A stretch of DNA of 64,000 nt from an uncultured Actinomycetes bacterium (lineage in GTDB: Bacteria; Actinomycetota; Thermoleophilia; Gaiellales; Gaiellaceae). Within the stretch, counting starts at the first letter, position 1. The number at the start of each line of letters is the position of its first letter. The stretch is from the NCBI GenBank assembly GCA_963848405.1, contig CAWKDP010000018.1, positions 65,857 to 129,856 of the forward strand. The letters are read 5' to 3'. Below, in pieces: positions 1 to 8,224 of the stretch. A model generated the notes under the pieces. That model did not search any database, was not told the DNA's origin, and worked only from the letters and a program-made list of their open reading frames with translations. A program made the translations under genes and the position numbers.

Positions 1-1945
1 GGAGTGGGAAGTAGAGGAATGGGCGCCGGCTCGCGGTCAGCTCCATCGCGGTCGTCAAACCGCCCTGGACGACCGCGAGATCGCACGCGGCAAGGTGGCG
101 ATAGAGGTCGTGGACGTAGGCATGCACCTCGAGTCCGAGGTGCGACGGCAGCGTCGCCTGATCGATCCGCGGCCCGGCGACGACGATCATCCGCAGCTTG
201 GGCACCCGCTCCCTCGCCTCGGGAAACGCGTCGATCACCCGGCGGAGCAGATCCGCGCCGACGCCGGAGCCGCCCACGGTCACGATGCAGACCTGCTCGT
301 CAGGCGCGTACCCGAGCTCGGCGCGGAGCTGCTCGCGGTCGGCGACGGGCTCGAACCCGGTTACGTAGCCGGCGAAGTCGTAGTGCTGCTCCGTCCAGTC
401 GCGGATGCCAGGTAACTCGGCCCCGAACGAGTCGGGCACGACGTCGGACGGGTTCCCCACGAAGACGGCGCGGTCGCGAATGCGCGGAAAACGCGCGATG
501 TGCTCGATCATCTCGGCGTTGTAGTCGGCGGTCACGAAAGACTCGCGCTCACCGCCGTCCGGCATCGGCAGCCAGCCGACGAAGTCCGTCAGCCAGACGT
601 AGGCGGCCGACTTCAGCTCCGGGTTCTCGTGCAGGAAGTAGTCGACCTCCCACGCTTCGTCGCCGATCCAGAGGTCGTAGTGCTCCTCGCGCACGACGTC
701 GAGGAAGAGCATGAAGTTCGAGACGAGGATCTCGTCCATGCGGCGGATCGCCTGGAAGACGTGCAGGTCGTGCTCGGCGGACTCGCACTCGACGTGTGTC
801 GACTCGTTCGCGAGCTCGGCGCTCGCCGGATGGATCCGTTCCCCCTCGGCCTCGAGGACCGTCGTCACGGGATGCTGAGCGAGCCAGTCGATCTCGAGGT
901 CCGGATGGAGCTTGCGGAGCTCCTTGGCGATCGCGACGTCGCGCCGCGCGTGGCCGAGCCCGATCGGCGACGAGATGTACAGCGCCCGGCGGCGCCGGCT
1001 GAGCGCCCGCGTCCATGTCTTTACCTTGGGCTTCGGCGGCACGACCGACTCCGCGAACTCGCGCATCAGCCCGTTCACCTTCACCGGCTGGCGCGCCTGC
1101 GGAAAGTGGCCCGTGCCCTCCATCGTCACGAGCGTCCCGCCCGTCAGCTCGGCCACCGCCGCCGCGCGCTCGCGCGTCTGGCACCCGTCGAGGTCGCCGT
1201 GGACGACGAGCACAGGGCAGCGCACGCGCCTGCAGAGGGCCAGCGCATCCTCCTCGCTTTCCCAAGGGAGGGGCGCGGCCCTGGAGACGATGAGCGGCTC
1301 TGGGCTCCCCACGAGCCCCCACTCGACGCAGTCCTCGATCTGCTTGGTCGAATGCGGCTCTCGAAGCTGCTCCGAGAAGAAGAACTCGAGGAACCCGCGG
1401 TAATCGTGGTGCAGGTAGTGGAGGTTCCACTTCGCCCAACCGTCGTCGGTCTCGAGCTGCTCGTCGAATGGAAACCGGCGGTAGTTCAGGTGCTCGGGCG
1501 TGAGCATCGGAATGAACGGCGCGATCGTGAAGACGCCGAGCGCGGCGGCTGGGTACGTCGCCGCGAGCATGAGCGCCGAGCCTCCGCCGTGGCAGAGCCC
1601 GCCGAGCAACGCGGCCTCCGCGCCCGCCGCCGCGAGGACCGCACGACCATCTTCCACGAACTCCCAGCGCGAGTAGGCCTCCGGCGTGTCGGGGCGGTCC
1701 GACCGACCGTTCCCGCGCGGGTCGAACACGACGACGCGGAAGTAGCGCGAGAGATACGGGATCTGCGCCTTCCAGAGACGCGAGTACGAGATCGGCCCGG
1801 TCGGGAAGAGCAGGAAGGTCGTCGGCGCGTCGCCATAGACCTCGTAGAAGACACGGACTCCGTCGCGTTCGACGTACCCCTCGTCGTCGGGGTAGCGCGC
1901 ACGTGTTTGCTCGCGTCCCGCGCCGGACAGTTCGACGGCGCTCAC
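1..1945 (-). CDS. alpha/beta-hydrolase (paralog 1) reading in the same frame into a GT-B glycosyltransferase domain; 3' end lies beyond the window edge
   Basis: Absent from the supplied track because there is no stop in the window. Hand translation of the minus frame from GTG 1945: VSAVELSGAGREQTRARYPDDEGYVERDGVRVFYEVYG..GLCHGGGSALML..VVHGDLDGC..EGTGHFPQ..MREFAESVVPPKPKVKTWTRALSRRRRALYISSPIGLGHARRD..VTVGGSGVG..VVQGGLTTAMELTASRRPFLYFPL. No stop down to nt 1. Hydrolase part is about 1020-1945, GT part 1 to about 1000. GTG 1945 overlaps the stop of the upstream paralog (GTGA). Confidence 0.75.
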   Translation of the reverse strand, partial: MSAVELSGAGREQTRARYPDDEGYVERDGVRVFYEVYGDAPTTFLLFPTGPISYSRLWKAQIPYLSRYFRVVVFDPRGNGRSDRPDTPEAYSRWEFVEDGRAVLAAAGAEAALLGGLCHGGGSALMLAATYPAAALGVFTIAPFIPMLTPEHLNYRRFPFDEQLETDDGWAKWNLHYLHHDYRGFLEFFFSEQLREPHSTKQIEDCVEWGLVGSPEPLIVSRAAPLPWESEEDALALCRRVRCPVLVVHGDLDGCQTRERAAAVAELTGGTLVTMEGTGHFPQARQPVKVNGLMREFAESVVPPKPKVKTWTRALSRRRRALYISSPIGLGHARRDVAIAKELRKLHPDLEIDWLAQHPVTTVLEAEGERIHPASAELANESTHVECESAEHDLHVFQAIRRMDEILVSNFMLFLDVVREEHYDLWIGDEAWEVDYFLHENPELKSAAYVWLTDFVGWLPMPDGGERESFVTADYNAEMIEHIARFPRIRDRAVFVGNPSDVVPDSFGAELPGIRDWTEQHYDFAGYVTGFEPVADREQLRAELGYAPDEQVCIVTVGGSGVGADLLRRVIDAFPEARERVPKLRMIVVAGPRIDQATLPSHLGLEVHAYVHDLYRHLAACDLAVVQGGLTTAMELTASRRPFLYFPL

Positions 1946-2862
1946 ATCGTCCTCCTCTCGATCGACTCGGCGAACTCGCGCATGAGCTCGTTCACCTTCA
2001 CGGGGTGGCGCGCTTGCGGGAGATGCCCCGCGCCCTCGAGCACGACGAGCGTTCCGCCGGTCAGCTCGGCGACGGCGGCGGCGCGCTCGCGCGGCTGGCA
2101 CCCGTCGAGGTCACCGTGGACGACGAGCACGGGACAGCGGACGCGGCGGCACAGCGCGCGGGCCTCCTCCTCGCTGGAAAACGGCGCCGGGGCCTCCTCT
2201 TCGGCGAGCACGAGCACCTCGGCGCTGCCGTCGAGGCCCCACTGGACGCAGTCCTCGATCTGCTTCGTCGAGTGCGGCTCCGGGATCTGTTGCGAGAAGA
2301 AGAACTCGAGGAAGCCGCGGAAGTCACGACGCCAGTAGTGGACGTTCCACTTGGCCCAGCCGTCGTCCGTGTCGAGCGGCTCGAGGAACGGGTACCGGCG
2401 ATAATTGGGGTGCGACGGCGTGAGGCGAGGGACGCAGGGCGCGATCGCGAAGACGCCGAGCGCGGTCGCCGGCTGCGTGGCGGCCAGCATGAGGGCGTAA
2501 CCGCCGCCGTCGCAGAGCCCGGCGAGAAGCGCCGTCTCCGTGCCGGTGGCCTCGAGAATCGCCCGACCGTCCTCGACGACCTCCCAGTACGAGTAGGCCT
2601 CCGGCGTCTCCGGTCGGTCCGATCTCCCGTTGCCGCGTGGGTCGAACGTGACGACGCGAAAGTGGCGCGAGAGATACGGGATCTGCGCTTTCCAGAGTCG
2701 CGAGTGCGAGATCGGCGACGTCGGGAAGAGCAGGACGGTCGTCGGCGCGTCGCCGTAGACCTCGTAGAAGACGCGAACGCCGTCACGCTCGACGTAGCCC
2801 TCGTCGTCGGGATAGCGGGCGCGGCTCTGCTCGGCGCGGGCGGCGCCAGGACGGACGATCAC
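1942..2862 (-). CDS. alpha/beta-hydrolase (paralog 2)
   Basis: Track ORF 1942..3267 trimmed to GTG 2862, which forms a GTGA overlap with the stop of paralog 3. RYPDDEGYVERDGVRVFYEVYG; nucleophile elbow GLCDGGG (Cys); HGDLDG; GAGH. Confidence 0.85.
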   Translation of the reverse strand: MIVRPGAARAEQSRARYPDDEGYVERDGVRVFYEVYGDAPTTVLLFPTSPISHSRLWKAQIPYLSRHFRVVTFDPRGNGRSDRPETPEAYSYWEVVEDGRAILEATGTETALLAGLCDGGGYALMLAATQPATALGVFAIAPCVPRLTPSHPNYRRYPFLEPLDTDDGWAKWNVHYWRRDFRGFLEFFFSQQIPEPHSTKQIEDCVQWGLDGSAEVLVLAEEEAPAPFSSEEEARALCRRVRCPVLVVHGDLDGCQPRERAAAVAELTGGTLVVLEGAGHLPQARHPVKVNELMREFAESIERRTM

Positions 2863-3761
2863 GGCTGCCGCCAGCGAAGCGAGCCGATGAACTCGTACAG
2901 GAGTCGATTGACGCGCACTGGATGGCGGAGGTGCGGGGCGTGGGCACAACCTTCGAACAGGACGAGATCCCCGCTCAGCGCCTTGGCGAGCGCGACTGCG
3001 TACGTGTACGACATCTGCCGGTCCTCGATCCCGTGGACCACGACGACGGGACAGCGCACACGGCGACAGATCTCCTGCGCCTCCTCCAACGTCCTCGTTC
3101 GAGTCCCTCTCGTGAGGATCAGCGTCTCGGCGTCGTTCTCGAGGCCCCAGCCGACTGCGTCCTCGATCTGCTTCGTCGAGTGCGGCTCGACGAACATCTC
3201 GGTCATGAAGAAGTCGACGAAACCGCCGTAGTCGCGCAGCCAGTAGTGCCGGTTGTACTTCAGCCACCCCGCATACGTGTCGCCGTCGTCTTCGAAGTGC
3301 TGGAACTGCGGCGGCGGCGGGCCGACGACGGCGAGGCTGGCGCCGATGACGAACGCGCCCAAGGTCCGGTTGGGATGTGCCGCCGCCTGCATGATCGCGG
3401 TGCTGCCGCTGCGGGAGAACCCGACGAGCACCGCTCGCTCGGTCTGCGTCCGATCCATGATCGCGATCGCATCGGCGATGTACTCCTCGGCGTTATACGC
3501 CTCGGGGTCCGGGGGGCGGTCGGATCGGCCGCTGCCCCGTCCGTCGAACGTCAGCACGCGGGAGTGCCGCGCGAGGAACGGAATCTGCATCTTCCACTGC
3601 CGCGAGTGCATGATCGACCACGTCGGGAGCAGGAAGACCGTCGGCTTGCCCGAGCCATACACCTCGTAGTAGAGGCGCACGCCGTCGCGCTCGACGTAGC
3701 CGGACTCGTCCGGGTAGCAGGCCCGCGTCTGCTCGTGCGCCGGTGCTACGTCGAGTGCCAT
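2859..3761 (-). CDS. alpha/beta-hydrolase (paralog 3)
   Basis: Track ORF 2859..3935 trimmed to ATG 3761 (MALDVAPAHEQ). YPDESGYVERDGVRLYYEVYG; elbow GFSRSGS (Ser); HGIEDR; GCAH. Confidence 0.85.
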   Translation of the reverse strand: MALDVAPAHEQTRACYPDESGYVERDGVRLYYEVYGSGKPTVFLLPTWSIMHSRQWKMQIPFLARHSRVLTFDGRGSGRSDRPPDPEAYNAEEYIADAIAIMDRTQTERAVLVGFSRSGSTAIMQAAAHPNRTLGAFVIGASLAVVGPPPPQFQHFEDDGDTYAGWLKYNRHYWLRDYGGFVDFFMTEMFVEPHSTKQIEDAVGWGLENDAETLILTRGTRTRTLEEAQEICRRVRCPVVVVHGIEDRQMSYTYAVALAKALSGDLVLFEGCAHAPHLRHPVRVNRLLYEFIGSLRWRQP

Positions 3762-4108
3762 AGCGCGTTGACGATCCTCCAGCCGTCGTCCGTGCGGACG
3801 AGGTGGACGTACTCGCGGTACACGTCCGAGTCGACGACGGCACTGGCGATGTCGCCGTGGACGTCGACGACGGCGACGTCGATCCGGCGGCCGGGCCCGG
3901 GATCCAGCGCCTTCCCCTCCCCCTCCGCGGTCCACGCGACCATCTGCTCCTTCGTGGTCGTGCGCAGGGTCGGCCCCCGCTTCGCGAGCGCCGGATGGAG
4001 GGCGCGCTCGACCCGCTCGGCGTCGCCGTCGAACCAGCCCTCGAAGTAGTCGAGCACCGTCGCGACGACCGCAGCCCGCACGGCCTCCGGGATCAGCTCG
4101 ACAGCCAT
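3746..4108 (-). CDS. NTF2-like / SnoaL-like small protein
   Basis: Track ORF 3746..4405 trimmed to ATG 4108: MAVELIPEAVRAAVVATVLDYFEGWFDGD..VHLVRTDDGWRIVNALWH. Pattern and size fit the NTF2-like (lumazine-binding-like) fold. Overlaps both neighbours by 16 nt. Confidence 0.7.
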   Translation of the reverse strand: MAVELIPEAVRAAVVATVLDYFEGWFDGDAERVERALHPALAKRGPTLRTTTKEQMVAWTAEGEGKALDPGPGRRIDVAVVDVHGDIASAVVDSDVYREYVHLVRTDDGWRIVNALWHST

Positions 4109-4671
4109 CCGTCGATCCAGTCGAGGAGCTCGGCGTGCCCCGTCTCGATCCCGCCGAGGCGCTCCACCATGATCCCGATGTTGAACGTGATCACGAGCGT
4201 GACGAGCGCGTCGAGCGGAATCTCGATCCCGAGCTCGCGATGCGGCTCTTCGAACGCCTCCGTGAGAACGGCCCGCCACTCCGCGTCCACGTGTTCGAGG
4301 CTGGTACGGATGGCCGGGTTGTTCCACGCGACCGCCTGGAGCTCGAGCCAGATCTTCTCGTAGGTGATGTCCTCGCTGATCAGGTAGCGCATCGCCGTGC
4401 GCCACTTCTCGATGAACGGAACATCGGCGGCATACATCTCGCGCTGGCGCACGATCAGCCGCTCCGTGAACCGCTCGAGCGCGCGCACGAGCAGGTTCTC
4501 GTTCGAGCCGAAGTAGTAGTGGACGAGGCCGTGGTTCACGCCGGCGGTCTCGGCGAGCTTGCGCGTCGTGATCCCCGCGTAGCCTACGTCGACGAGGAGC
4601 CGCTCCGCAGCGTCGAGCAGGGCCTCCTCGGCGGCCACGCGGGCGGTCGACTGGCGTGCGGGTTCGGTCAT
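4093..4671 (-). CDS. TetR-family transcriptional regulator
   Basis: N-terminal HTH: LLDAAERLLVDVGYAGITTRKLAETAGVNHGLVHYYFGS. First gene of the minus-strand operon, divergent from the SBP56 gene. Confidence 0.9.
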   Translation of the reverse strand: MTEPARQSTARVAAEEALLDAAERLLVDVGYAGITTRKLAETAGVNHGLVHYYFGSNENLLVRALERFTERLIVRQREMYAADVPFIEKWRTAMRYLISEDITYEKIWLELQAVAWNNPAIRTSLEHVDAEWRAVLTEAFEEPHRELGIEIPLDALVTLVITFNIGIMVERLGGIETGHAELLDWIDGWLSS

Positions 4672-4687
4672 TTAGTCACCTGACTAA
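4672..4687. promoter_or_regulatory. candidate TetR operator 1 (TTAGTC-ACCT-GACTAA)
   Basis: Perfect 6-4-6 inverted repeat immediately adjacent to the TetR start codon (4669-4671). Confidence 0.55.
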
Positions 4688-4794
4688 CGGAGCATTTGAC
4701 CAGGACCGGACCGTTTCCGCAAGGGCCTTGGGACTGAGCACCTATCGCGATCCGCAGGTGCACCTTGACATTTCGGCCAACTTAGGCAATCGTA

Positions 4795-4810
4795 TTAGTC
4801 GTTTGACTAA
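4795..4810. promoter_or_regulatory. candidate TetR operator 2 (TTAGTC-GTTT-GACTAA)
   Basis: Same 6-bp arms and spacing as operator 1. Ends 3 nt before the GAGGAGG Shine-Dalgarno of the SBP56 gene. Confidence 0.55.
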
Positions 4811-4826
4811 GACGAGGAGGAGAAGC

Positions 4827-6170
4827 ATGGCACACGAACACGTCAAGCCCGCGTCCTTCCACAGCTCCCCGCAGGAGGCGATGCAGGCGCCGCCCGAGGA
4901 GTACCTCTACGTCGCGGCGATGCGCGCCGGCACGGGCGTGGATGAGCCCGACTTCCTCGCGGTCGTGGACACGCGACCCGAGTCGGAGACGTACGGGCGG
5001 ATCGTCCACGAGACGCCGATGCCGTACGTCGGCGACGAGCTCCACCACTTCGGCTGGAACCGGTGCTCGTCCGCGTGCCACGGGCCCGACCGCTCGCACC
5101 TGATCGTTCCGGGCTTCCGCTCCTCGCGCGTCTACGTGGTCAACGTCGCCGACGACCCGTTGCGACCGCAGCTCGAGAAGGTGATCGAGCCGGACGAGAT
5201 CGAGCGCGCCACCGGCTACACGCGGCCACATACGACGCACTGCATGCCGGGCGACAACGTCGTCATCTCGATGCTCGGCGACGTCGAGGGCAACGCCGCA
5301 GGCGGCTTCGCGGTCATCGACGCCAAGACGTTCGAGGTCAAGGGCCGGTGGGAGAACGGCGGCGCGCGGCCGCCCATGAACTACGACTTCTGGTACCAGC
5401 CACGGAAGAACGTGCTCGTGTCGAGCGAGTTCGGCGCCCCCAACGCGTACGAGCCGGGCTTCGACCTCGCCGACGTGGAGGCCGGCCGCTACGGCCAGCG
5501 GCTCCACTTCTGGAACCTCGAGCGCCGCGAGCTCGAGCAGACGATCGATCTCGGCGCGAACGGGCTCGTCCCGTTCGAAATCCGGTGGAAGCACGATCCC
5601 GAGGCGGACGAGGGCTTCGTCGGAGCGGCGCTGTCGTCCACGATCTGGCGCTTCCACCGCGAGAACGGCTCGTACGCGGCGGAGCCCGTGGTCGCGGTCG
5701 ACTCCGTCGATCTCGCGAGCTGGCCGATCCCGGTGCCGGGCCTGATCACCGACCTCGTCCTCTCGCTGGACGACAAGGCGCTGTACTTCTCGAACTGGCT
5801 CCACGGCGATCTCCGCCGCTACGACGTCTCCGACCCGGCCAACCCGCGGCTCACGGGACGGCTGTGGCTCGGCGGCGTGCTGGGCCAAGAGAGCGACGCC
5901 GGCCGGCCGCTCACCGGCGGGCCGCAGATGCTGCAGCTCTCGTACGACGGGCGGCGGCTCTACGTCACGAACTCGCTGCTCTCGACCTGGGACAACCAGT
6001 TCTACCCGGGACTGCGTTCGAACCTGCTCAAGGTGGACGTCGCAGAGGACGGCTCGATGTCGGTGGATCGCAGCTTCTTCGTCGACTTCCACGACCGCCC
6101 GGACGGCCCCGCGCGGGCGCACGAGATGCGGCTGCAGGGCGGCGACTCGACGTCCGAGGTGTTCCCGTGA
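4827..6170 (+). CDS. selenium-binding protein (SBP56) / methanethiol-oxidase family protein, copy 1
   Basis: ATG 4827 with GAGGAGG 6 nt upstream. EEYLYVAAM..DEPDFLAVVD..YGRIVHETPMPYVGDELHHFGWNRCSS..LYFSNWLHGDLRRYDVSDP..LYVTNSLLSTWDNQFYP. Confidence 0.9.
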   Translation: MAHEHVKPASFHSSPQEAMQAPPEEYLYVAAMRAGTGVDEPDFLAVVDTRPESETYGRIVHETPMPYVGDELHHFGWNRCSSACHGPDRSHLIVPGFRSSRVYVVNVADDPLRPQLEKVIEPDEIERATGYTRPHTTHCMPGDNVVISMLGDVEGNAAGGFAVIDAKTFEVKGRWENGGARPPMNYDFWYQPRKNVLVSSEFGAPNAYEPGFDLADVEAGRYGQRLHFWNLERRELEQTIDLGANGLVPFEIRWKHDPEADEGFVGAALSSTIWRFHRENGSYAAEPVVAVDSVDLASWPIPVPGLITDLVLSLDDKALYFSNWLHGDLRRYDVSDPANPRLTGRLWLGGVLGQESDAGRPLTGGPQMLQLSYDGRRLYVTNSLLSTWDNQFYPGLRSNLLKVDVAEDGSMSVDRSFFVDFHDRPDGPARAHEMRLQGGDSTSEVFP

Positions 6171-6364
6171 TCCTCGGACACCACGGCGGGGAGGCACCGC
6201 TGCTCCAGGCGGCAGTTGCGGCCGCGGGCTCGCTGTCGGTCGCGCTCGCCCTGTTCCGGGTCGAGCTCTTCCGGCTCGGCAGGCGGTTCCGTCGCCGGCC
6301 GCGCACTCACGGCAATGAAACCCGCGCTGACGGCGCGGCAACGAAACCAGGAGGGGAACTATGA
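6167..6364 (+). CDS. small (65 aa) single-TM protein coupled between the two SBP56 genes
   Basis: GTG 6167 overlaps the SBP56-1 stop (GTGA). Its TGA 6362-6364 overlaps ATG 6361 (ATGA). VILGHHGGEAPLLQAAVAAAGSLSVALALFRVELFRLGRRFRRRPR... It appears only as the tail of a spurious track ORF (5063..6364). Confidence 0.4.
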   Translation: MILGHHGGEAPLLQAAVAAAGSLSVALALFRVELFRLGRRFRRRPRTHGNETRADGAATKPGGEL

Positions 6365-7717
6365 GAACTCGAATCACAGTCGGGCTCACGGCGCTCGCCT
6401 GCGCCGTAGCGGCGCTGGTGGCCGTGGTCGCCACCGCGTCCGGGTCCGGAGCTCCGCGACCGGACACAGTCACGGCATGAAGCAAGGCGGCAAGCAAGAG
6501 CGATATCTCTACGTCAGCACCGTCGCGCAGAGCACGACCGATCCGGACTTCATCGCCGTGGTGGGCGCGGATCCGCGTCGCGCGGGACTTCGGCAAGATC
6601 GTGAACCGCATCGACATGCCGAACGTGGGCGACGAGCTCCACCACTACGGCTACTCCCACGATCAGAAGCGGCTGCTCGTGCCGGGCCTCTTCTCCAGCC
6701 GGATCCACGTCTTCGACGTCAAGGGCGACGGCCGGCGACTGGACTTGAGGACGGTCAACGACCAGCTGGCCGCGAAGAGCGGCTACGTCGTGCCGCACGG
6801 CGTGATGGGTCACGGCATGCCCCACGGCCGTGCCCTCGTCACGATGATCGGTGCCGCGACCGACACGACGCTCCCCGGAGGCATGGTCGAGATCGACGAC
6901 AAGACCGGTGCGTTCGTCGGGCACTTCGGCCCGGGACCGGTGCGTGAGCCCGGCGAGTCCGACCCGAAGTACATGTACGACTTCGAGTCGCTGCCCGAGC
7001 GCGAATCGCGGGATCAGCACGACGTTCGGCTCGCCGGCCGGATGCGCAGCGGGCATCGACCCGGGCTGCCTCGGCGACGAGGTCGCGGTCTGGGACGTTC
7101 GCGAGCGGAAGGTGATCCAGACCGCCAACCTCGGTCCTTCGAGCGGTGCGCTCATGGTGCATTTCGTCATGAAGAAAGGCGTCCGGCGGGCGTTCATCAA
7201 CGCGCCCGGGACGAGCGCGATCTGGCTGGCCGACGACGACGACCGCGACGGCGTCTTCGACTTCCAGCAGGTGCTCGGAACGGAGGACGGGCTCGCGCTG
7301 CCGCCGGACATGATCGTCTCCAACGACAGCAAGTACCTCTACGTGAGCAACTGGTTCGGCGACACGGTGCAGAAGTTCGACATCACGGATCCGTTCGCTC
7401 CCGTTCTCACGGCGACCGTCTCCGTGCCGCACCCGAACATGCTGCGGCTGAGCCGTGACGACAAGCGCCTCTACGTGACGAACTCGCTGCTCACGTCGTG
7501 GGACAACGACCCCGACTTCGGGGCGCCGCGGAACGACGACTACGGCATCTGGCTCTTCCGAGTGGACCAGCAGTCTGGTCGCCTCACTCCGTCGCGTCCG
7601 AACGGACGAGCCTGGGTCAGCTTCACGAACGTCAAGAAGAAGACCACCACCGGCCCGGCCGGGCCGCACATGATGCTCTTCGACCCGAGCATTCCGCTCG
7701 TGCCCGGAGAGCACTGA
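6361..7717 (+). pseudogene. SBP56 family protein, copy 2, with N-terminal signal peptide; reading frame broken at about 3 places
   Basis: ATG 6361 has AGGAGG 7 nt upstream and encodes MRTRITVGLTALACAVAALVAVVATASGSG. Homology to copy 1 then runs through three frames. First KQERYLYVSTVAQSTTDPDFIAVV (frame of 6477). From about 6586, DFGKIVNRIDMPNVGDELHHYGY. From about 7004, NRGISTTFGSP..LYVSNWFGDTVQKFDITDP..LYVTNSLLTSWDN to the stop at 7717. Length is 1357 nt, not a multiple of 3. Confidence 0.65.
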
Positions 7718-7800
7718 GGCGAGCCCCGCTCGATCGACCGTCTCCGCCCGCCCGCGTAGCGCTCCCGACGAGCCGCGCGGGCGGGTGCCTCGTGCGGCGC

Positions 7801-8211
7801 TCAGGGGTGAAAGCGAAGACGGTCGACGACCTTGTCGACCGTCTTGCCCTCGGCGCGGAACGCGATTCCAACCAGGTCGAGCTCCTCGGCGGGGACGGCC
7901 ACGACGGCCGCGCGATTCGCCGCGTCGTGATTCGTCTCGAAGAGGTCGTGCGTGTAGATCGCGGGCGTCACGTCGCGGGCCAGAGCGCGCTCGTACGCCC
8001 TGCGGATGCCTGCGGCGTCCGCCTCGTACACGAGTACCGGCTGGACGAACATCGGCAGGTACTCGTTCCCCGACGCATCGCGGTACGGCTCGCCCACGAC
8101 GCCGGGAACCGTGCCGGCGATACCGCTGACGAGAAAAGCAGTCACATTCGTCTTCTGCCAGACCGCGAGGTCGTCGCGGAGGACGACCGCGATCTTGGTG
8201 TCGAAGCGCAC
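7801..8211 (-). CDS. DUF2000-family protein
   Basis: MRFDTKIAVVLRDDLAVWQKTNVTAFLVSGIAG.. matches my recollection of the DUF2000 N-terminus. Compact 136-aa ORF with good codon bias. Confidence 0.7.
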   Translation of the reverse strand: MRFDTKIAVVLRDDLAVWQKTNVTAFLVSGIAGTVPGVVGEPYRDASGNEYLPMFVQPVLVYEADAAGIRRAYERALARDVTPAIYTHDLFETNHDAANRAAVVAVPAEELDLVGIAFRAEGKTVDKVVDRLRFHP

Positions 8212-8224
8212 GCCGCGACGTGAT

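Noticed and set aside
4765-4770. TTGACA as the -35 box of the SBP56 promoter
   Set aside because: No acceptable -10 hexamer lies 16-19 bp downstream (AATCGT / ATCGTA). The hexamer alone is not enough to annotate a promoter.
6478-6480. Selenocysteine (TGA read-through) in the second SBP56 gene
   Set aside because: Reading through TGA 6478 keeps the frame open. However, the downstream 35 residues in that frame are nonsense (SKAASKSDISTSAPSRRARP..), while the alternative frame matches copy 1 closely (KQERYLYVSTV..DPDFIAVV). I saw no SECIS-like hairpin. A frameshift is the simpler explanation.
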